A stretch of 64,000 nt of DNA from a bacterium (GCA_029933125.1 JAOZOU010000008.1:5234-69233), one strand, 5' to 3'. Positions 18,875 to 28,447 are shown, counted from the first letter of the stretch. Program-made: numbers and translations. The notes: generated by a model from the sequence alone, not told the origin.

Positions 18875-19528
18875 ATGTATCTTGTGTTCATTCTCACACT
18901 GAGCTTACACCTTGCGGGTTGCGCTCATAAAAGGCCTCACCTGCAGCGACCAGGCGACCTCAGGACAATAGTCAGGAAACTTCATGACATAGGGGGACTC
19001 AAGGGTAATGGTTGGATCACAGCTGAGGTGCGAGGTGAGAGATTAGGCGCCCCTTTTGAGGTGGCGATTGCCGGGGATGGCAGAATTGAACTTACCCTTC
19101 ATCCGGGCACTAACAGTTTGCTCTGGCGTGAATTCAGTCTTAAAAGCACTCAAGAGAGGACTACAGTTGTCACGCCAGATAGCGAGTTCGAGGTGAAGAT
19201 CGCCAATATCTCTCCCAGGGGATTGTATGCCTTTCTGCTTTCCATTGCTGGAGGAGACATGATTGTTCGGTGGCTGGACTCAGCCGGATGCGCTCTCGCA
19301 GGAGTGATTGTGTGCGATGGGTTGGAATTTGAGGTGAGAGTCGATCCCTCAACCAGCTCAGTTTCCTCATGGACAATCCATGACGAGAAGGGAGCGGAAC
19401 TCAATGCCATCATTTACCGTTATTCGATGTCGCCCATACCTATGCCTCGCATAATTTCAGCGACTGTCCAGCCCTACGATGTGATATTTGGGGTGAGATA
19501 TGAGAAAATAGAGCTGTATCGCCCGTGA
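18875..19528 (+). CDS. Predicted lipoprotein, unknown function (LolB/DUF4292-like is only a guess)
   Basis: MYLVFILTLSLHLAGC lipobox at the internal ATG 18875. The ORF-track N-terminal extension (18695-18874) overlaps the oadG promoter region and has no protein-like features. Confidence 0.55.
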   Translation: MYLVFILTLSLHLAGCAHKRPHLQRPGDLRTIVRKLHDIGGLKGNGWITAEVRGERLGAPFEVAIAGDGRIELTLHPGTNSLLWREFSLKSTQERTTVVTPDSEFEVKIANISPRGLYAFLLSIAGGDMIVRWLDSAGCALAGVIVCDGLEFEVRVDPSTSSVSSWTIHDEKGAELNAIIYRYSMSPIPMPRIISATVQPYDVIFGVRYEKIELYRP

Positions 19529-19544
19529 AGAGTGAGGAGAGCAG

Positions 19545-19573
19545 GGAACTTTGCGGGTTTATGAATGTAAAAT
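19545..19573 (+). promoter_or_regulatory. Possible ECF-type autoregulated promoter (GGAACTT-N16-TAAAAT) upstream of the ECF sigma gene
   Basis: GGAACTT equals the E. coli sigma-E -35 consensus. An AT-rich -10-like element follows after 16 nt. The ATG is 18 nt further on. Confidence 0.25.
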
Positions 19574-19590
19574 AGACTGGTAGGGAAGGC

Positions 19591-20256
19591 ATGGCCCATA
19601 GCGATGGGGACCTCCCACCCGATTATCGGAATGATTCCGATGAGAGCCTCATGCTCAGGGTGGGAAAAGGAGACAGGCAAGCTTTTGATGAGATAGTGCG
19701 GCGTTATGGAGCCAAAATGATCAATCTGGCTTATCAGATAACAGGTAACAGAGAAGTGGCTGAAGACATTGCTCAGGAGACCTTCTTTAGAGCCTACCGG
19801 AGTGCACCAAGGTATCGTGAGATATCCAAGTTTTCAACCTGGCTTTATACGATAGCGATAAATCTTTGCAGAAATGAGCTTAGAAGACGTAAGTTTAGGA
19901 TCTTTTCACTCGAAGGGATGGCTGAACGCGAGGAGAATGATAAAATAAGGGTTGATATTGTCGATGAGAAGCTTAGGCCAGATGGCGAGCTTGAGCGCAA
20001 GGAGCTCGCCAGGATGGTTAGGAGAGCGATAACCAGTCTGCCTGAAAAATTCAGAACGCCTCTTGTTTTGAGAGACATCCAGGGTTTAGCTTATGATGAG
20101 ATAGGCAAAATATTGAAGTTACCTGAAGGCACAGTCAAGTCACGCATAAATAGAGCTCGCATGAGAGTCAAAGATATTCTTAAGCCCATACTTGACGAGA
20201 CATGGAAGGGGGCAAAAGATAATGGATTGCAAGAAGGTGGAGACCCTTCTGAGTGA
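19591..20256 (+). CDS. ECF-type RNA polymerase sigma-70 family factor
   Basis: Region 2 DIAQETFFRAYR...FSTWLYTIAINLCRN. Region 4 LRDIQGLAYDEIGKILKLPEGTVKSRINRAR. Confidence 0.85.
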   Translation: MAHSDGDLPPDYRNDSDESLMLRVGKGDRQAFDEIVRRYGAKMINLAYQITGNREVAEDIAQETFFRAYRSAPRYREISKFSTWLYTIAINLCRNELRRRKFRIFSLEGMAEREENDKIRVDIVDEKLRPDGELERKELARMVRRAITSLPEKFRTPLVLRDIQGLAYDEIGKILKLPEGTVKSRINRARMRVKDILKPILDETWKGAKDNGLQEGGDPSE

Positions 20257-20779
20257 TCTTGTTGACGGCACACTCGATGACCGCTCACGCAGGGAGGTGG
20301 AGGAACACCTGGCAAAATGCAAGGATTGCAGGCATGAAAGAGAGAACCTGATTAAGACCCTTGCCACACTTAAAGCGATTGACCGGATCGATGTTCCTAG
20401 CGATTTCGTGCAAACCCTCCGGAAGAGAATTGACGAGTTTGAAAGTGCGAAGAAGGCATTGATGTTGACCACACTCTTGGCTTTTGTCAGACACCACAGG
20501 AAAGCCATCGTGAGCGGAGCCGCCGCCTTCGTCGTTGCCTTTGGTGTCACAGCCTATTTTGTCACCCACATAGGCCATGTTGAGCAAGTTGCCGAGCAGG
20601 CGACTACTCCGCAACAAGCATCGCGCACTTACATAATGAATGACATTTTGCCAACCGGTGGCGATTCAGCTAATACCGTGTACATTACGGGTGATAGGGA
20701 GCCTGATCCATTCAGAGAATTGCCAACCTATGTTTTCGATGAGGTAAAACCTGTCGGGCTTATCCCGGATGATTTCTGA
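20222..20779 (+). CDS. Anti-sigma factor (zf-HC2 type), single-pass membrane protein
   Basis: MDCKKVETLLSDLVDGTL...HLAKCKDC (H-x3-C-x2-C) and one TM helix IVSGAAAFVVAFGVTAYFV. Overlaps the sigma gene end by 35 nt. Confidence 0.7.
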   Translation: MDCKKVETLLSDLVDGTLDDRSRREVEEHLAKCKDCRHERENLIKTLATLKAIDRIDVPSDFVQTLRKRIDEFESAKKALMLTTLLAFVRHHRKAIVSGAAAFVVAFGVTAYFVTHIGHVEQVAEQATTPQQASRTYIMNDILPTGGDSANTVYITGDREPDPFRELPTYVFDEVKPVGLIPDDF

Positions 20780-20788
20780 GGTGGATCC

Positions 20789-21970
20789 ATGAAGAAGCTA
20801 GCACTTGTAACAGTCGTTGTGCTTGTTCTAAGCAGTAAGACACCCGCTGGTCAGATATCTGAAATTGAGCGTGAGATAGTAGACCTCGTGGCAGGTGTCA
20901 GGCATTCCATAGTCGCAGTAGCAGCCGTATCCCACTATCACGGTGGCCATAAGGTGCCTTTTACTTCACGCTCAAAAGCTGTCGGCTGTGGAGTCGTGCT
21001 TGACTCCCAAGGTCACATTCTTACAACTGCGACAGTTGTGGGAAGGGCAAACGAGGTTGAGATTACCACTTCGGATGGGGATACGCTCAGAGGTGTGGTT
21101 CTTGGTACTGACAGGGTTGCTGACATTGCTGTCATTAAGGCGGATAACGAACACCTCAAGCCAGCAACCTTTGCTGAGGAGGACGAGATTCCACCAGGTT
21201 CCCTAGCTTTCGTCGTGGGCAATGCATTTGGGGTCCTTCCTTCAGTTGCAATGGGGGTAGTAAGCGGTCTCGAGCGGTCAGCCGGCGAGGAGATATCTTC
21301 ACTCAGACTTGCTGTGCCCATAAGTCCAGGTGACATAGGTGGACCTGTGCTCAATTCAGAGGGCAAGGTGATTGGGATAGTTCTGGGCAGATTGACTCTA
21401 GAGTCAACCTACAGGGCCGCACCAACCTCGACTGGAGGTCCTTTTGCCTTTAGGAGCTTTTCGCAACCAACCAATATGGCTGTCGCAATTCCAACGCAAA
21501 GGGTTCGTGAGATCTCGAAGCAGATAATCACCAGTGGATCTATAAAGAGGGGTTATCTTGGAGTAAGGGTGCTAGATCTGACTGATGATTTGAGAAACCA
21601 GCTGGGGGACATGGACCTCAATGGTGTTGTCGTTGTGGAAGTCGTCAAGGGTAGTCCTGCTGAATCCATCGGGATAAGACCTGGCGATGTCATAACTGAT
21701 TTTGATTCAATTCCAATTGCATCTGTTGAATCCCTTCGCAACGAAGTTCTTAAGACCCAACCTGGGGATGTTGTGGAAATCGGTTTCCGACGAGGTGCAG
21801 ACACTCGCAGCGAAAAAGTGAGGATCGGTGACCGTACTCCACGCTATCTCAATTTGGGGCGCCTGAGGGTAGGTGAGTCTGAAGCTGAGATCCTGCGAAC
21901 AAGGCTTGATGACCTAAGAGCCCAGATCAGGCAGCTTGAGGAACAGCTCAAGAAGCTTAGGCGCCCATAG
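20789..21970 (+). CDS. HtrA/DegS-like trypsin-fold + PDZ protein lacking catalytic His and Ser (predicted pseudo-protease), C-terminal coiled coil
   Basis: Aligns with HtrA blocks GCGVVLDSQGHILTTATVV (normally TNxHVV), DIAVIK (Asp retained) and PGDIGGPV (normally GNSGGP). PDZ region GYLGVRVLDL...GSPAESIGIRPGDVI. Signal peptide present. Confidence 0.75.
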   Translation: MKKLALVTVVVLVLSSKTPAGQISEIEREIVDLVAGVRHSIVAVAAVSHYHGGHKVPFTSRSKAVGCGVVLDSQGHILTTATVVGRANEVEITTSDGDTLRGVVLGTDRVADIAVIKADNEHLKPATFAEEDEIPPGSLAFVVGNAFGVLPSVAMGVVSGLERSAGEEISSLRLAVPISPGDIGGPVLNSEGKVIGIVLGRLTLESTYRAAPTSTGGPFAFRSFSQPTNMAVAIPTQRVREISKQIITSGSIKRGYLGVRVLDLTDDLRNQLGDMDLNGVVVVEVVKGSPAESIGIRPGDVITDFDSIPIASVESLRNEVLKTQPGDVVEIGFRRGADTRSEKVRIGDRTPRYLNLGRLRVGESEAEILRTRLDDLRAQIRQLEEQLKKLRRP

Positions 21971-21989
21971 GAGCCAACCTATTTATCGG

Positions 21990-22018
21990 TTGACACAGCT
22001 ACCTTTCCCCCTTAAAAG
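21990..22018 (+). promoter_or_regulatory. Sigma-70-like promoter candidate (TTGACA-N17-TAAAAG) upstream of the DUF4837-like lipoprotein gene
   Basis: Exact -35 hexamer, 17-nt spacer, and a TAnnnG-type -10. Lies 23 nt upstream of ATG 22041. Confidence 0.3.
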
Positions 22019-22040
22019 GAAATAAACTGGAGGTGCGGCT

Positions 22041-23039
22041 ATGAAGAAGCTAATGACTCTGGCACTCACTGTCCTGGCAATCTCATGCTCCAAGCCAATG
22101 ATCGCTGCCTTTGGCTCCAACAGCGAGATCTTAATAGTGACTACACCAAGATGCTCAGAGGAGGCAATGAAGCTTAAGAACATCCTTAGTAGGGAGATTG
22201 TCACAGTGCAATACGAACCTGCCTTTAAGGTGCGAATAGTCACCAAGGCTGATCTGAGGACCGAGCTCAACCGTAAGAACGTTCTTCTCCTGGATTATCT
22301 CAGTCCCGAGAGCAGGCTTGAGGGAAAGATAAGGGATGTAGTTGGGCAGAAATTCGATGAGCTCGAGCGTGGTGAAACCTACCGCTATGTTGTCTATGAT
22401 CGGTGGGCAAGAGGGCAAGCAGTCATGGTCGTGACTGCACCAACAAAGCAGGACCTCAATAGGCTTCTCGACGAGAAAGCAGACGAAATTTTCAACTTTG
22501 TGGAAACATGTGTCCAGACTAGGCTTAATAAAGCTCTCTTCTACGGAGGTGAGCAGAAGGTTGCTACCAAGAGGCTTCTTGATACCTATGGATGGACCTT
22601 AAGATTGCCAACAGGTTACAAAATTGATGAGACATATGCATCGGAGCGTGTTGTCAAGATAATGGAGGATAAACCTGCTCGGATGATCACTGTTTACTGG
22701 GAGGGTGGGCAGTGGTCAGATGAGTCAAAAAACTGTCTTGACCGTAAGCGCATGCTGGCGTGGCAATACTGGGATGAGGACGAGGTTGTGGATGAAACCC
22801 TCAGAATCGAGGAAGGTGAATTCCTGGGTCACAAGGCAATTGTTCTTAGCGGCACATGGGAAAACAAAAAATATACGATAGGAGGCATCTTTGTTACCTA
22901 TTGCTTCTCCTGTCCAGAAGCCGGCCGGCACTATGTTGTCGATGCAGCAGTTTTTGCTCCCGGGCTCGACAAGCTCCCCCTTTTGCGTGAACTCAAAGCA
23001 ATTCTATCCACTTTTGAGTGCAAGCCCAGGGCTGAATAG
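22041..23039 (+). CDS. Predicted lipoprotein, DUF4837-like (tentative)
   Basis: MKKLMTLALTVLAISC lipobox. ~330 aa. SEILIVTT...EPAFKVRIVT...RKNVLLL resembles DUF4837 as recalled, not verified by search. Confidence 0.5.
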   Translation: MKKLMTLALTVLAISCSKPMIAAFGSNSEILIVTTPRCSEEAMKLKNILSREIVTVQYEPAFKVRIVTKADLRTELNRKNVLLLDYLSPESRLEGKIRDVVGQKFDELERGETYRYVVYDRWARGQAVMVVTAPTKQDLNRLLDEKADEIFNFVETCVQTRLNKALFYGGEQKVATKRLLDTYGWTLRLPTGYKIDETYASERVVKIMEDKPARMITVYWEGGQWSDESKNCLDRKRMLAWQYWDEDEVVDETLRIEEGEFLGHKAIVLSGTWENKKYTIGGIFVTYCFSCPEAGRHYVVDAAVFAPGLDKLPLLRELKAILSTFECKPRAE

Positions 23040-23042
23040 CGG

Positions 23043-23071
23043 TTGACATGCACTGGTTGCTCTGTTAGCCT
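23043..23071 (+). promoter_or_regulatory. Sigma-70-like promoter candidate (TTGACA-N17-TAGCCT) upstream of pepP
   Basis: Exact -35, 17-nt spacer, -10 keeps T1 A2 T6. Shares the CGGTTGACA context with the 21990 site. Confidence 0.25.
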
Positions 23072-23098
23072 CAACTCGTTAAAACATGGAGGGTTAGT

Positions 23099-24166
23099 GT
23101 GAGCCGACTCAGTAAGTTTATTGATTACCTTAAGGATGAAGGAATTGACAAGTTTCTGGTTACCAACATTACAAACGTAAGATACCTATCAGGCTTTACA
23201 GGTTCGACGGCTTGTCTCGTTGTGGATGATTCGGAAGCCACTCTCGTGACTGATTTTCGGTATAAGGAACAGGCTGAGGCTGAGGTCTGGCGGGGGACAA
23301 AGGTAAAGGTTGATAATCGTGAGACACTGACTGCTGCACTCGATGTTTTAGGCGACTTCGATGGCAAGCTTGGTTTTGAAGCGCTTTCACTTGCGTATAG
23401 CTCCTACACTACCTTGAGTGAGCGCTTGAAAGCGAAACTTGTTCCAACTTCAGGTGCCGTAGAGCGCCTAAGACGAACTAAAGATTCAAATGAAGTTGCT
23501 ACGATAGCAAGAGCTGTTAAGATAGCCGATGAGGTCTTTTCAGAGATCCTTGAGGAGATAAAGCCAGGGCTGACTGAAGTAGATATAGCTGCAAGGATTG
23601 ACTTCCTCTTAAGGAAGAAATCTCAAAACATCCCTGCTTTTGAGACAATTGTGGCATCGGGGCCCCATTCTTCCCTCCCTCACGCTCAACCTACCAGCAG
23701 AATAATAAGTGAAGGTGATATGGTAAAGATGGACTTTGGCGCTATATGGGACGGATATCGTTCGGATATAACACGTACGGTCTTCGTCGGAAAGGCTTCT
23801 GATAAGTTCAGAGAGATATACGATATTGTGCTCCATGCCAATGAGGAGGCTATTTCAGGAATAAGGGCTGGGCTCAAGGCGAGTGAAGCCGATAGGCTCG
23901 CAAGAGCTCTTATCGAATCCAGGGGTTATGGTGAGAATTTTGGCCATTCCTTGGGACATGGTGTGGGACTTGAGGTTCATGAAGCTCCACGTCTTTCTTC
24001 AAAAAACGATAGCCCCCTTGAGGCTGGCAATGTTGTTACTGTTGAGCCTGGTATTTATATTCCAGGATGGGGCGGTGTAAGGATTGAGGATATGGTTTTG
24101 GTTGACAGTGACGGATGTACGGTCTTAACAAAGTCTAGCAAAGATCTTATAGAGGTGGGGACTTAA
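23099..24166 (+). CDS. pepP: Xaa-Pro aminopeptidase/dipeptidase (M24B family)
   Basis: Metal ligand blocks DFGAIWDGYRSDITRT, HSLGHGVGLEVHE, VTVEPGIY, IRIEDMV. GTG start. Confidence 0.85.
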   Translation: MSRLSKFIDYLKDEGIDKFLVTNITNVRYLSGFTGSTACLVVDDSEATLVTDFRYKEQAEAEVWRGTKVKVDNRETLTAALDVLGDFDGKLGFEALSLAYSSYTTLSERLKAKLVPTSGAVERLRRTKDSNEVATIARAVKIADEVFSEILEEIKPGLTEVDIAARIDFLLRKKSQNIPAFETIVASGPHSSLPHAQPTSRIISEGDMVKMDFGAIWDGYRSDITRTVFVGKASDKFREIYDIVLHANEEAISGIRAGLKASEADRLARALIESRGYGENFGHSLGHGVGLEVHEAPRLSSKNDSPLEAGNVVTVEPGIYIPGWGGVRIEDMVLVDSDGCTVLTKSSKDLIEVGT

Positions 24167-24168
24167 CC

Positions 24169-24732
24169 ATGACAACAACAAATGACCTTAGAACAGGAAT
24201 GGTGCTCGAAATCGATGGGCAGCTCTACTCGGTTGTCGAATTTCTCCATGTCAAGCCAGGCAAAGGTGGTGCTTTTGTAAGGACAAAGCTTAAGAATCTT
24301 GCCACTGGTCGAGTGATTGATAAGACTTTCAACGCTGGCGAACGTGTGAAAGATGTTAGAATCGACCGCGTTGAGATGCAGTACCTCTACAATACAGGTG
24401 ACGAGTATCATTTCATGAACACGGAGACTTTCGATCAAATAGCTTTGCCGGTTTCAATGGTTGAGGAGATAGCACAACTGATGAAAGACAATATTATGGT
24501 TACTGTCCAGATGAGGGATGGGCAGCCTATCGGTGTTGAACTTCCGACTTTCGTCGACCTTAAAGTTGTTGATACTGCTCCAGGTGTGAAGGGGGACACC
24601 GTATCCGGAGGCACAAAACCAGCCACACTTGAGACGGGAAAAGTGATTCAGGTTCCCCTTTTCATCGAAGTGGGTTCAATCGTAAGAGTTGATACAAGAA
24701 CAGGCGAATATGTCTCGAGGGTGCAATCATGA
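24169..24732 (+). CDS. efp: Elongation factor P
   Basis: [40 protein letters not shown] is the canonical EF-P N-terminus. 187 aa. Confidence 0.95.
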   Translation: MTTTNDLRTGMVLEIDGQLYSVVEFLHVKPGKGGAFVRTKLKNLATGRVIDKTFNAGERVKDVRIDRVEMQYLYNTGDEYHFMNTETFDQIALPVSMVEEIAQLMKDNIMVTVQMRDGQPIGVELPTFVDLKVVDTAPGVKGDTVSGGTKPATLETGKVIQVPLFIEVGSIVRVDTRTGEYVSRVQS

Positions 24733-25175
24733 ACGTTTCTTTTCTCAAGAAGCTTGTGGAAATTGTCGAAGCTAGTGATATAGAGGAACTCGAAGTCAGG
24801 AAATGGTGGACAAAGGTTAGAATAATCAAGAAACGTTCCACCAATCCGACTTCCAACCAAACTCAGGCAGGTAGCAAGGTGAACGAGCACATAGTAGAGG
24901 TTGCACCTAAGGAACCTCAAGTACAAGAGGAGAGCTATCTTGAGATCAAGTCGCCAATGGTCGGCACATTTTACAGAGCACCAAGTCCTGGAGCCAGGCC
25001 CTATGTTGAGGTTGGTGATCGCGTTGAACCTGGTCAGGTGGTATGCATAATTGAAGCCATGAAACTCATGAATGAGATTGAGTCGGAGGTCTCAGGAACA
25101 ATCGCCAAGGTGCTCGTTGAGAACGCCCAACCTGTCGAGTACGGGCAGACGCTATTTCTCGTCAAGCCATCCTAG
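24729..25175 (+). CDS. accB: Acetyl-CoA carboxylase biotin carboxyl carrier protein
   Basis: Biotinyl-lysine motif [13 protein letters not shown] in a C-terminal lipoyl-like domain. ATGA overlap with efp. Confidence 0.9.
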   Translation: MNVSFLKKLVEIVEASDIEELEVRKWWTKVRIIKKRSTNPTSNQTQAGSKVNEHIVEVAPKEPQVQEESYLEIKSPMVGTFYRAPSPGARPYVEVGDRVEPGQVVCIIEAMKLMNEIESEVSGTIAKVLVENAQPVEYGQTLFLVKPS

Positions 25176-25184
25176 GAGAGTGTA

Positions 25185-26291
25185 ATGGATATCAAAGCGC
25201 TTCTTGAAGAGATAGTAAGAAAGAAGGCTTCTGATCTTCATATCAAGGTGGGAACATCTCCAACGATAAGAGTCGATGGGGAACTCCAGCCCCTCGATGT
25301 TGAACCTCCTACACTTGATGAGGTTGAAGAGGCTTGTGAGCAGGTCTTAACACCCAAGCAGAAAAAAGAGTTTGATGAGAACAATGAGGTGGACTTTGCT
25401 TTTGGTGTTCCTGGGCTTGCGAGGTTCAGGGCAAACTTCTACCGTCAGCGGGGATCAACCGCGATGGTGTTCAGGCTAATACCTTTTGATCCTCCCCGCA
25501 TAGAGGAGCTTAACCTTCCGCCGATTGTTAAGGAACTTGCCCTCAAGCCTAGAGGACTTGTTCTCGTAACAGGTACAGTTGGATCAGGCAAGACGACAAC
25601 TCTTGCTGCGATGGTGCGCGAGATAAATGACAATCAGCGGCGAAACATAATCACAATAGAAGATCCCATTGAATTCCTGCATCGCGATAACATGAGCTTG
25701 ATAAGCCAGAGAGAGGTGGGCAGTGACACGGGATCCTTTGGCCAGGCCCTGCGCTACATTCTCAGGCAGGATCCAGATGTGATATTGATCGGTGAGATAA
25801 GAGATCGTGAGACGATGTCGATAGCTTTGACTGCTGCCAATACGGGCCACCTTGTTTTCAGTACCCTACATACTGTCGATGCTGCCCAGGCAGTCAACCG
25901 TATCATATCCTTCTTTCCGCCTCATCAGCATCAGGAAGTCAGGTTCCTACTGGCATCCTGCCTTCAGGCAATTATATCGCTGAGGCTTGTACCACGTGCT
26001 GATACCGATGGTAGAGTTCCGGCTGTTGAGGTCCTTGTTGCAACTGAAACCGTAAAAGAATACCTTATCGATCCTAAGCGAACAGCAATGATCAAGAATC
26101 TTATCGAGGAGAGTGTCACAGAATATGGAATGCAATCATTTGATCAATCCCTCCTTGCATGGTACAATAAAGGAGTCATTACCCTTGAGGATGCGCTGAG
26201 ATTCGCCTCGAGTCCAACTGCGCTAACAATCAAGGCGAAAGGAATCGAAACGGGTTCAGATGTTACCTGGGCGCCGTTTGCTTCCGAGTAA
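25185..26291 (+). CDS. pilT: PilT-family type IV pilus retraction (twitching) ATPase
   Basis: Walker [11 protein letters not shown], Asp box [10 protein letters not shown], Walker [13 protein letters not shown], His box [11 protein letters not shown]. 368 aa. Confidence 0.9.
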   Translation: MDIKALLEEIVRKKASDLHIKVGTSPTIRVDGELQPLDVEPPTLDEVEEACEQVLTPKQKKEFDENNEVDFAFGVPGLARFRANFYRQRGSTAMVFRLIPFDPPRIEELNLPPIVKELALKPRGLVLVTGTVGSGKTTTLAAMVREINDNQRRNIITIEDPIEFLHRDNMSLISQREVGSDTGSFGQALRYILRQDPDVILIGEIRDRETMSIALTAANTGHLVFSTLHTVDAAQAVNRIISFFPPHQHQEVRFLLASCLQAIISLRLVPRADTDGRVPAVEVLVATETVKEYLIDPKRTAMIKNLIEESVTEYGMQSFDQSLLAWYNKGVITLEDALRFASSPTALTIKAKGIETGSDVTWAPFASE

Positions 26292-26302
26292 ACGGACTAT
26301 CA

Positions 26303-27691
26303 ATGTTTAACAAGGTTCTCATCGCTAACAGAGGAGAGATAGCCCTCAGGGTCATCAGGGCTTGCAAGGAGCTGGGTATAGCCACAGTTGCAGTATATTC
26401 CGAAGCTGACAGGGACTGCCTCCACGTTCGCTTTGCCGATGAAATCGTATGTATTGGCCCAGCCAGAGCGGCAGAAAGCTATCTCAATGTCCCGAGGATA
26501 ATAAGCGCCGCTGAAGTCACGGCAGCTGAGGCTATCCATCCTGGCTATGGCTTCCTGGCGGAGAATGCCGATTTTGCTGAGGCATGTGAGTCATGCGGCA
26601 TAAAGTTCATCGGTCCAAGTGCTAGGGTTATTGCAAAGATGGGGGATAAAGCGTCGGCCAGGCAGGCGATGCTCGATGCAGGTGTCCCAGTTGTGCCGGG
26701 CAGCGTTGGCTCAGTGGAGCGAATCGAAGATGCCATCTCAGTAGCTGCGGAGATAGGCTATCCTGTAATGATAAAGGCATCGGGCGGTGGAGGGGGCAAG
26801 GGTATGCGTCTGGCAAGGGATGAGGCAGAACTTGAGAAAGCCTTTGTTGCTGCGGCTGGTGAGGCTGAAGCCAGCTTTGGCAACCGAGCTGTCTATATTG
26901 AGAAGCTGATCGATCGTCCAAGGCACATAGAGATCCAGGTGCTCTGTGATTCTAAGGGAAATGGCATATTCCTCGGAGAGCGTGACTGTTCAATTCAACG
27001 CAAGCATCAGAAGCTGATTGAAGAAGCACCTTCACCTGCGGTTGATGAAGATTTGAGACTTAAACTGGGCGCAGCAGCTGTTCGTGGTTGTCTTGCCTTG
27101 GGATACGAGAATGCTGGCACGGTTGAATTTCTTATGGACAGCGATGGCAGGTTCTATTTTATTGAAATGAATACACGCATACAGGTAGAGCATCCCGTGA
27201 CCGAGATGGTGACAGGCATCGACATTGTGAAGGAGCAAATAAAGATTGCCGCTGGCGAATCTCTCGAGATCAGGCAGGAGGATGTGGAGTTGCGAGGCCA
27301 TGCTATAGAGTGCAGGATAAATGCTGAGGATCCTGATCGTGACTTCGCACCATGTCCGGGTAAGATTGAGGCACTTCATATGCCAGGGGGACCGGGTATT
27401 AGAGTGGACACTCACATTTATGCCCAGTATGAGATTCCGCCATATTACGATTCGCTTCTCGCCAAGCTGGTTGCTCATGGTCCGGATCGTCACGTCGCCA
27501 TAGCTAGAATCCTCAGGGCTCTCGATGAATTCGTGGTTGAGGGTATAAAGACGACTATAGGTTTTCACCGCAGGGCTATAGATAGTCCAGCTTTCCGCTC
27601 GGGTGATTTCGATACATCCTTCGTCAAATGGGTGCTCGAGGGCGGTGCAAGAGAGGAAGCACCAGTACATGGGGTTGATACTAAGCCATGA
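26303..27691 (+). CDS. accC: Acetyl-CoA carboxylase biotin carboxylase subunit
   Basis: [29 protein letters not shown]-grasp [23 protein letters not shown]. Confidence 0.95.
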   Translation: MFNKVLIANRGEIALRVIRACKELGIATVAVYSEADRDCLHVRFADEIVCIGPARAAESYLNVPRIISAAEVTAAEAIHPGYGFLAENADFAEACESCGIKFIGPSARVIAKMGDKASARQAMLDAGVPVVPGSVGSVERIEDAISVAAEIGYPVMIKASGGGGGKGMRLARDEAELEKAFVAAAGEAEASFGNRAVYIEKLIDRPRHIEIQVLCDSKGNGIFLGERDCSIQRKHQKLIEEAPSPAVDEDLRLKLGAAAVRGCLALGYENAGTVEFLMDSDGRFYFIEMNTRIQVEHPVTEMVTGIDIVKEQIKIAAGESLEIRQEDVELRGHAIECRINAEDPDRDFAPCPGKIEALHMPGGPGIRVDTHIYAQYEIPPYYDSLLAKLVAHGPDRHVAIARILRALDEFVVEGIKTTIGFHRRAIDSPAFRSGDFDTSFVKWVLEGGAREEAPVHGVDTKP

Positions 27692-28437
27692 GGATCGAAA
27701 CACTTCTTGCACCTGGAGAAATCGAGGAAGGGCTTGTAAAGTCGAAGACCGTTGCAATTGTCGATGTTCTCAGGGCTTGCACAACAATAGCATTTGCCAT
27801 GTCCCATGGCTGTGAACGCATAATACCCGTCGAGACTGTTGAGGCTGCCACCAAGCTCGCTTCTTCCCTTGAGCGCGGTTCAGCCCTTCTGGGAGGTGAG
27901 CGGGAAGGAAAACGCCTCGATGGTTTTGACCTGGGTAACTCACCAGGCGAATATACCGCTGACCTCGTCAAGGGTAAGACGGTGATCCTCACGACCTCAA
28001 ATGGCACAAAGGCAATTACCCTTAGCCAAGGAGCCAAAGAGATCCTCATAACGTCCTTCGTTAACCTCTCAGCAGTTGCTCGCTATATCAGTGCCCATGG
28101 TTGCAAAGGTCTCACGGTGATTTGCGCTGGCAAGGATAATAGGTTTGCTCTTGAGGATGCGGTTTGTGCTGGAATGCTCATAAATGAAGTGTGCAAGACA
28201 GGAGAATGTGAACTTGCCGACGGCTCGCAGGCAGCACTTTCTCTTTACAGGCTTCACGAGAGCTCCATCCTGGATCTCCTGAGATCATGTGAGCATGGGA
28301 AATATCTTGCTGGGATTGGCTTCGAGAACGATCTCAAGGCATGTGCGAGGGTGGACTATCTTAAGATTGTGCCTGTCGTTAAGGATGGGCGCATAACGGC
28401 AGCTAAGCTGGGAAGAGGTAGAAGCCGCTCGTCCTGA
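27688..28437 (+). CDS. comB: 2-phosphosulfolactate phosphatase family protein (ComB-like)
   Basis: [13 protein letters not shown]...[20 protein letters not shown] matches the ComB family pattern. ATGA overlap with accC. Confidence 0.7.
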   Translation: MRIETLLAPGEIEEGLVKSKTVAIVDVLRACTTIAFAMSHGCERIIPVETVEAATKLASSLERGSALLGGEREGKRLDGFDLGNSPGEYTADLVKGKTVILTTSNGTKAITLSQGAKEILITSFVNLSAVARYISAHGCKGLTVICAGKDNRFALEDAVCAGMLINEVCKTGECELADGSQAALSLYRLHESSILDLLRSCEHGKYLAGIGFENDLKACARVDYLKIVPVVKDGRITAAKLGRGRSRSS

Positions 28438-28447
28438 GAGGCATTCC

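Noticed and set aside
28430-28447. A CTGAGA hexamer just upstream of the thiE-associated genes, reminiscent of the conserved TPP riboswitch core.
   Set aside because: It lies within or next to the comB stop, and only 10 nt of spacer follows. There is no room for a ~100-nt THI-box aptamer, and no other conserved TPP elements are present.
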